Below are positions 54,818 to 64,000 of a stretch of DNA of 64,000 bases, in pieces. The notes below the pieces were generated by a model. The model was not told the DNA's origin and did not search any database. It saw nothing but the letters and a program-made list of their open reading frames with translations. The stretch covers positions 92,566,001-92,630,000 of the forward strand of contig NC_042998.1 in assembly GCF_006345805.1 (NCBI RefSeq). Reading direction: 5' to 3'. Each line of letters starts with the position of its first letter. Positions within the stretch are counted from its first letter, which is position 1. A program made the translations under genes and the position numbers. The stretch is from Octopus sinensis (lineage: Eukaryota).

Positions 54818-55337
54818 TTGTTTCAGTTGTTTGACTGCAGCCATGCTGGAGCACTGCTTTTAGTCAAACAAATCGACCCCAGGACTTATTCTTTGTGAGC
54901 CTGGTACTTATTCTATCAGTCTCTTTTGAAAACCACTAAGTTACAGGGGCGCAAACACACCAACATCTGTTGTCAAGCGATGATGGGGGGGGGACAAACA
55001 CAAACCAGACATATATATACATACATACATACATATATACATACATACATATATACATACATACATATATTATACATATATATTATATACATACATACAT
55101 ATATACATACATATATATATACATAATACATATATATATACATACATACATACATATATAATATACATACATATTATATATATACATACATATATATATA
55201 CATACATATATATATACATACATATATATATACATACATATATATATATATACATACATATATATATATATACATACATATATATATATATACATACATA
55301 TATATATAATACATAATATATATATATATACATACAT

Positions 55338-55369
<32 letters not shown>

Positions 55370-55777
55370 CATATATTACATACATATATATTATATATAC
55401 ATACATATATATATATATATACATACATATATTATATATATATACATACATATATATATATACATACATATATATATATATACATACATATAATATATAT
55501 TATACATACATATATTATATATATACATACATATATATATATATATACACATATATAATATATATACATACATATATATATATATATACATAATATATAT
55601 AATATATATACATATATATATATATATATACATACATATATATATATATATACCATATATATATACATACATATATATATATAATATATATATATAACAT
55701 ATATATATATTAACATATATATATACATACATATATATATATATACCATATATATATACATAATATATATATACATA

Positions 55778-55808
<31 letters not shown>

Positions 55809-55968
55809 CATATATATAATATATACATATATATATATATACATATATATATATACATATATATATATATAACATAGATATATATATAATATATATATAT
55901 ATACTATATATATATATAATATAATATACATACATATATATATATATACATACATATATATTATATAC

Positions 55969-55999
<31 letters not shown>

Positions 56000-56027
56000 C
56001 ATATATATATATAATATATATATATAT

Positions 56028-56061
<34 letters not shown>

Positions 56062-56148
56062 CATATATATATATACCATATATATATATATACATTATAT
56101 ATATATACATATATATAATATATACATATATATATATATATATATACC

Positions 56149-56179
<31 letters not shown>

Positions 56180-56182
56180 TAC

Positions 56183-56213
<31 letters not shown>

Positions 56214-57387
56214 CACATATATATATATATATACACATATATATATATATACACATATATATATATATATACACACATATATATATATATACACATATAT
56301 ATATATATATACACATATATATATATATACACATATATATATATATACACACATATATATATATATACATACCATATATATATATACATACATACATACA
56401 TATATATATATACACATACTATATATATATACACATACATATATATATATATATACACATACATATATATATATACACATACATATATATATATACATAC
56501 ATATATACACATACATATATATATATACACATACATATATATATATACACATACATATATACACTATATATATATACCACATACATATACACATACATAA
56601 TATATATACACATACATATATATATATATAACACATACATATATATATATACACATACATATATATATATACACATACATATACACATAAATATATATAT
56701 TACACATACATATATATATATACACATACATATTAACATACATATATATATATACACATACATATACACATACATATATATTATATACACATACATAATA
56801 TATATACATACATATATATATATAACATACATATATATATATAATACATATATATATATACACATACATATATATATACACATACATATATATATACACA
56901 TACATATATATATACATTATATATATATATATATATACATTATATATACATACATATATATATATATAACATATATATATAATACATATATATATATATA
57001 CATATTATATATATATATACATATATTATATATATATACATATATATATATATACATACATATATATATATAACATATATATATATATATACATACATAT
57101 ATATATATATACATACATATATATATATACATACATACATATTATATATACATACATATATATATATATACATACATATATATATATATACATACATATA
57201 TAATATATACATACATTATATATATATATACATACATATATATATATATACATACATATATATATATAACATACATATATATTATACATAATATATATAT
57301 ATACATATATTATATATATACATATATATATATATATACATATATATATTATACATATATATATATACATATATATATATACATATA

Positions 57388-57436
<49 letters not shown>

Positions 57437-57630
57437 TACATACATATATATATATATACATATAATATATATATATATATGACAGACCTCTTTCAGTTTC
57501 TGTTTACCAAATCCACTCAGAAGGCTTGGTCAGCCCGAGGCTATAGTAGAAGACACTTGCTGAAGGTTCCACGCAGTGGGACTGAACCTGGAACCATGTG
57601 GTTGGTAAACAAGCTTCTTACCACACAGCC
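54818..57630 (-). mobile_element. SINE family A with hugely expanded internal microsatellite
   Basis: Tail half 54818-55010 and head half 57479-57630 are collinear. Confidence 0.85.
55011..57479. repeat. ~2.5 kb compound (TA)n/(TACA)n/(CA) microsatellite
   Basis: Directly visible; essentially no G on the plus strand. Confidence 0.97.
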
Positions 57631-59340
57631 AGGCCTGGATATATATGTAATTCTCATCAAATGTGTTGAGTAGCACTTTCATTTGTCCACACATACACAC
57701 ATATCATCATCATCATCATTTAACGTCTGTTTTCCATGCTGGCATGGGTTGGACAATATATCAGCATGGAAAATAGACGTTAAAAGATGAGATATATGGT
57801 ACAGGCATAAGTGAGTGGTGAAGAAGTTTACTTCCCAACCACATGGTTCTTCTACTATAGCCCTGGGTCAACCAAAGCTTTGAGAGTGGATTTGGTAGAT
57901 GGAAACAAAGAAGCTAGTTGTATATATGTGTGTTTGTCTTGGGAAGTAAGTTCAGTCCTACTGGACAGCACCTTGGGCAAGTGTCTTTTACTCTAGCCCC
58001 AGACTGACCAAAGCCTTGTGAGTCAATCTGGTAGATGGAAACAGAAAGATGATTGTCACTCATGTATGAGTGTGTGTGTGTGTATCTTGGTGCTTGTGTC
58101 TATCTTCCTCACTAATTAACAATCAGAGTTGGTTTGTTTATGTCCCCATAAATTAGCAGTCTGATAAAAGTGGCTGACAGAATAAGCACTAGTCTTAAGC
58201 TAAGTCCAGGAGTCAATATATTTATTTAACTCTGCAAAGGTGGTGCTGCAGCATGGCCACAGTCCCATGAGTGAAACAATTTACAGAGTAACATATCAAT
58301 GACTAATACCACATCTAAAATTATTCTACACAGTATTCATATGTCAATGATAAAATAAAAATAAAATACAGAATTAAAGAGGGTGAGTATTTTCTGCTAC
58401 AGCCTTGGGTTGACCAAAGCCTTGTGATTGTATTTGGTAGGCAGAAGTTACCGTTGTGTGTATACATGTGTGTGAAAGTGCTTGGGCCTCCTAACAGACT
58501 ATTCAATAGTTCACAACTGAAAGACTACTATACTATCTTTCAGTTTTCATCTATTCCACTCATTAGTCAGCAGTCATGCTTGGGCACCACCGTCAAGAAT
58601 TTTCAGTTGAATGAATTGACATCAGAATTTATCCTTTTTTTTTAAAAGCCCAGTTCTTATTCTATTGGTGTTGTTTTGCTGAACTGCTTAGTTATGGAGA
58701 TGTAAACAAACCAACACCAGCTGTCAAGTGGTGATGGGGGGGAGGAGACACAAAGACACATATGACTGGCTTCACTCCTCACAAGGTTTTGGTCAGCCCA
58801 AGGTTATAGTTTTAGACACTTGCCTAAAGTTCCACACAATGGGATTGAACTCAGAACCACGTGGTTGGGAAGCAATCTTCTTACCACACAGCCATGCTTG
58901 TGTCTATAGTTGTAATATTTACACATTTGACCTAGGGGTAGACAAGAACGAGATGGCTGGATATTATCCATAGTTCTTGGTTGCACTTGGGAATCCAGCT
59001 AGAAAAACTACTGACAGATGCTACTGATAGGGCTCTATGGAATTGGTGCCCGGAGACTCAACCCAACAACTCTCCCAGGAATAGTGGGCAGACAAGATGG
59101 ATGGATGAATGAATGAAATTCTCATATAGATATTGTTTTACTTGTTTCAGTCATTGAACTGCAACCGTGACGGAGCCCTACTTTGAAGGGTTTAGTTGAA
59201 CATATGGATCCCGGTACATATTTTAAAATCTGGTACTTTTTCTATCAGTCACTTTTGCTGAGTGTTACGTTTTCAGGACATAAACAAACCAAGTATTAAT
59301 GAGGGACAAATACAACACAAACACACACAAACATTATACG

Positions 59341-59380
<40 letters not shown>

Positions 59381-59484
59381 TATTATATATATATATTTAG
59401 ACCAACCAAAGTCTTGTGAGTGGATTTGGTTTATGGAAACTGAAAGAAGCCTGTTGTGTGTGTGTGTATATATATAAATAAATA

Positions 59485-59860
59485 AGGCACAGGAGTGGTT
59501 GTGTGGTAAGTAGCTTGCTTACCAACCACATGGTTCCGGGTTCAGTCCCACTGTGTAGCACCTTGGGCAAGTGTCTTCTACTATAGCCTCAGGCCGACCA
59601 AAGCCGTCTGAGTGGATTTGGTAGACGGAAACTGAAAGAAGTCCGTCATATATATGTATATACATGTATGTGTGTGTGTTTGTGTCTGTGTTTGCCCACC
59701 CAACATCGATTGACAACCGATGCTGGTGAGTTTACATCCCTGTAACTTAGCGGTTCGACAAAAGTGACCAATAGAATAAGTACTGGGGTTGATCCACTCG
59801 ACTAAAAATTCAAGGTGGTGCCCCAGCATGGCCGCAGTCTAATGACTGAAACAAGTAAAT
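59485..59860 (+). mobile_element. SINE family A, full length
   Basis: GGCACAGGAGTGGTTGTGTGG head through GTGCCCCAGCATGGCCGCAGTCTAATGACTGAAACAAGTAAA tail. Lies in a dense SINE cluster 57800-60670. Confidence 0.9.
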
Positions 59861-60667
59861 GGATATAAAAGACAGTCTTCTTCCACTTACTATATACCGA
59901 ATCAACTCACAAGGCTTTGGTTGGCCTGGGGCTATTACAGAAGACAGTTACCCAAAGTGCCATGCAGTGGGACTGAACCCAAGGCTATAGAATTAGTAAG
60001 TAAACTTCATCAGACGGCCATGCCAGCGCCTATACAGACCAATAGAATAAGTACCAAACTTTAAAAAAAAGAAAGAAAAGAATTGGCATTGTTTGACTAA
60101 AGCCTTCAAAGTGGTGCTCCAGTATGGGCATGACTGCAGTCCAATTACCGAAACAAGTAAAGAAAAGAAGAATAAAAAGAAAACTGACTAGGCATAGGTA
60201 TAGCTGGATGGTTAAGAAGTTTGCTTTGTAACCACATGGCTTTGGGTTTAGTTCCATTGCGTAGCACCTCAGGCAAGTGTCTTTTACTCTAAACCCTCTG
60301 CACCCCCCACCGCCATTCTGTGTATCAGAAAAAAAAAAGAGAGGGAATTTCTTGCTAGACCGTTTAATAGTTTGCTGGCTGTTCCTCCGAGAACTCACAA
60401 CGGACGTAAATAGCTTCCCCAATCAATAACAAGTCAGCTGTTGTACAAAGCAGTCAAGAATTAGGATTCTGTGCATGTATGTGTGTGTGTTTCACAACTT
60501 GACAGCAAGTGTTTGTTTACGTTCCAGCGACCTAGCAGTTCGACAAAAATTAACGGACAGAACAAGTAAGTACCAGGCTTGAAAAATAACTGCTGGGGAC
60601 GATTTAATCGACTAATACACTTTCGGATGGTGCTGCAGCGTGTGACCGAACATAAGTAAAATAAATA

Positions 60668-60716
<49 letters not shown>

Positions 60717-62346
60717 CCATATGAATTTGCTGAGAGTCTTGAGCAAACTCAAAAGAAGTATTTTTCCCAACTTCAGTCTTCAAACTACGCTTATAAGCTG
60801 CTTTGCATGGTTACATTGTTATTTGCAGAATGATAACAGTAAATCCCCAGTGGAAGTAAATGGCAGGTAATGAGTAATATATAGTGTGCAAGCTCATACT
60901 CCATAAAACTAACGCGGCGATGAACAGAAATATTTCATCGAGAAACAATAATACCATTCACGATATGGAGCACACAAAGGGGGAACCTCTAAAAGGTCGT
61001 TTGAGATGTTAGAAATAACAGCTAAATCTCATTAATATCACACCACCCTAACGTCTAAAATAAAGGAAGGATATGTTACATAATGCAGTCCTGTATATCA
61101 CTCAAAAATAAATAAATAAATAAATAAAAGGACAGAATAATCACGACTGGAATCCCCTTGATCCATACATCTGTTTGATCAGGGTTTACCAGAGCCCTAA
61201 CAACAATTACCGTCAGAATATAGACGCAAGACACAAAAGCAGTAAAGTTAGTCGTAATTAAAAGTTTAGACAACAGACAATAGAAAAAGAAGAAAAAAAA
61301 GACGTAATAAGCTGGGTTGTTGTTTTTAAATATATTCGTCAAAGACTTTAAATAAAACGGCTTTGATCTAATTCTCTAGAGAAATAAGAAGCTGTTTGTA
61401 CATGTGTGCCCACACAAACACATTTATATATATATATATGCACAATGAGTCAGGTGTTATGATACAATAAGGTCATAAAACCGCAAGTGTCTTTGATAAA
61501 TTCAGTAAACAAAATGTCACAGAAATCATTAGACTATAGATTGAGATTAAACAATGAAATTTCATATACCCAAGTACAAGGGCGTAGTTTTTAAGTGGAG
61601 CGCAGGTGATCGTTTTCCTGCTTTTTTTTTTTTTTTTTTCTAAGCATGAATTTATTGCAGCTTCCCTGATCGATGTGGTAGTACGGGCAGTGTTGTCTTA
61701 AAGTATAGGTACTTTGGGTAGTTATCAATGAATGGGAAGGGAAGACAACGAAGATCTGGAAACCGAAAGCTGTATGCTGTAACTTACTGTCAATAAATAA
61801 ATATAGGGACCCCAATGCATTGCGTTGCCTTGGGAACCCGCAACACTGTCAAGACAGCCCTAGATGCTACAGTGCCAGCAAAAAAAGCCGGCTGTTTAAA
61901 CTGTCACAAGCGCACCTGCAACGATGTCGATAGCCAAGACCAGAGATGCTGAACAGTACGGCCTTCTGAAGGGCTACGTGAGGCCTTCTAAAAGAAACAT
62001 AGCGTTTAAGAGGGGGGAAAGCATTACACTGGAATATACTTTTGATTTAGTTCTATTTTATTTAAACAGTTTTTAAAAACTAATTGCGATTTTTAGAAAC
62101 ACCTACTTCATATTTCTTTATGTACACTTGTAAAGACTTCGTAAAGAATTTAAAGAAACAATAAAAAAAATAATAAAGAAAGTTATGGTGGGTTGCTTAT
62201 TCTGAAACTTTGCATTAGTTTCTATAAATAATTATAACTAATAATAATAAAGTTTATATTTTATAAAAACTAAAATAGTGATTATATTTATAAAACAAAT
62301 GATATTTTTCTTCGAAGTTGCCTGCCAATATAAAAATATTCCCTAC

Positions 62347-62686
62347 CTTTGTCCCGGACAACAAACTCTCATCGACCACAACAGCTGGCTGTATAATAAG
62401 AAGTACACCAGACTGGTACAGTTCACTACTGTAAATAGCAGCAGCAGGAGCACTATAAAAATGAGCGAGTGTTTCTATTCCAATATTACGAGTAACAGCT
62501 CCAACAGGAACTCGCTCGATACACTATCTGAGACGAAAGTCGATCCCGAAAAATCAGATATCGTAAAGTATTTATCTAGTCAAGCTTCTTCTTGTCTGTG
62601 CCAGAAACACCGTTCTCATGTATAATTAAACATCATATTCTTTGCATAGACATGTTGCCGTAGGCGAAGTGCTGTTCAGTCAACGT
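62347..62686 (-). other. Candidate exon (non-coding or first coding)
   Basis: Complex CpG-rich non-repetitive block bounded by TTCAG| and AAG|GTAGGG on the minus strand. Contains short uORF-like frames and ends ATG-RVCCPGQ. No homology recognised. Confidence 0.25.
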
Positions 62687-62899
62687 CTGAATATACAAAT
62701 GCAGTCATGACCCAATAGTGACAATACAATAAATATACTTTTCTATATAAATAAAAAAAACTCTTGTATGCAAGGGCCTTTTCTCTCTCTCTTTCTTTCT
62801 CTATTTCCTAAGTGGAACGAATTCACCCAAATATGTTTTCTATTGAATATACACACAGATATTCATCCAATAATTCTAAAGTATATCACGAGTCGTTAT

Positions 62900-63780
62900 T
62901 TAGTCGCCGTCGCGTGTAATAAAAGGCATAACAACATCAATTCCGTGAGGAATACACAACTGCGAGGTGCCCCCAGCCATCAGCTGCGATATTGATATGA
63001 TTATTTATTTATTTTAAAAACAGAGATACCATTTAAGAGAAGAACAGAAGTAGTAGAACACAAATCTAGTATATAACTGGTATTTATTTTACTAATATCG
63101 AAGACATACAAATAAAAAATTACGTTTAATGTAAAGCGAGGTTTTGAACGTAGAAACGCAAAATCGTCCGATATTGGCACCGACCGCACTGCATTATATA
63201 GGTAATAAAAACGGTGATTTATCGCCTACTAAATAAAGATATAAAATAATAATAGTTTTCATGTAATACATTTGCAAGTAAATTATTTCACTTCTAGTTA
63301 TTTACCTCCAAACAACAACAAAAACATCATACCGGAGAATTTATTTTGCTTCTGAATTCAACTTCCGACGTGTATGCGAAAAGTAACTACTATTTACCCG
63401 GTGGTTGAAGACTGTTGCTTCTAAAATAATCGTAACATTCATTTACAGTAATTAAACTTAAATATTGAGAGTTAGAATAGGAAATTACTTTATTAGATGC
63501 AAAACACAGTAAGAATTTATGAAATACTACTCTGCTAATGTAATAAAACCTACAATCAGGTTATTTACGCTATACATCCGGCATTTGACAGAAGGAACTT
63601 TCTTGAGAATAACGAAATAAGGAATGTGTAATTATCACAATATATATAAATATATATGTACATATTCAAGGATTTTTCTCGCAGGAAGCTAATTACTTAT
63701 AAACTTTCTCGGATTAGAAAGCGAAATGTAAATAAACAGTGAAAAACAACGTCGGGTTAATAACTTACTATTGATGTAAA
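62900..63780. promoter_or_regulatory. CpG-retaining candidate promoter
   Basis: Frequent CG, ETS-type CGGAAGT on the minus strand (63361-63367), ATTGG at ~63173, minus-strand donor GAG|GTAAAT at 63306/63305. Confidence 0.35.
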
Positions 63781-64000
63781 TAGTTCACCCCTAACAGCAG
63801 GCCCGTCTTAAAAAAAAACAAAAAAAAAACACTGTAAGGCATACTCTGTGTAAAGCAATAGACTGGGGATCCAACGCAGTTAACCTACATGTATGCCACA
63901 ACATGCATATCTTAGCATAGGTCTCTTTGACCGTGGGGGACCCCTGGGCAACGGCCCAACGTGCGTACTTGCTTAATAGAGGAGGAATAAACACATTGGA

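Noticed and set aside
54926-57445. Many long Y/I/M/C/V-rich ORFs
   Set aside because: Translations of the TA/TACA microsatellite.
62278-62625. 115 aa plus-strand ORF as a gene
   Set aside because: Non-ATG start in AT-rich DNA and no recognisable domain; not supportable without transcript data.

Overview
AT-rich, repeat-dense eukaryotic DNA with no recognisable intact host protein-coding gene. The SINE families, microsatellites and base composition suggest an octopus/coleoid genome (inference). The window is a layered transposon graveyard. It holds over 20 copies of a tRNA-derived CORE-type SINE plus other SINE families, many 3' fragments of an RTE LINE whose 3' UTR carries a ~63-68 nt hairpin-forming tandem array, and one ~3 kb decayed CR1-group LINE (APE+RT). 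Two decayed Helitrons have helicase coding only partly visible in the ORF track; one is split by the LINE and two SINEs. There are several Penelope-like (GIY-YIG) remnants with one apparently intact minimal hammerhead ribozyme and several decayed ones, hAT and piggyBac-type MITEs, long hairpins, and a 2.5 kb microsatellite expansion inside a SINE. The last ~3.5 kb visibly retain CpG and may hold the promoter/first exons of a minus-strand gene. Nearly all listed ORFs are spurious. Boundaries were read by eye and are approximate unless termini or TSDs are quoted.
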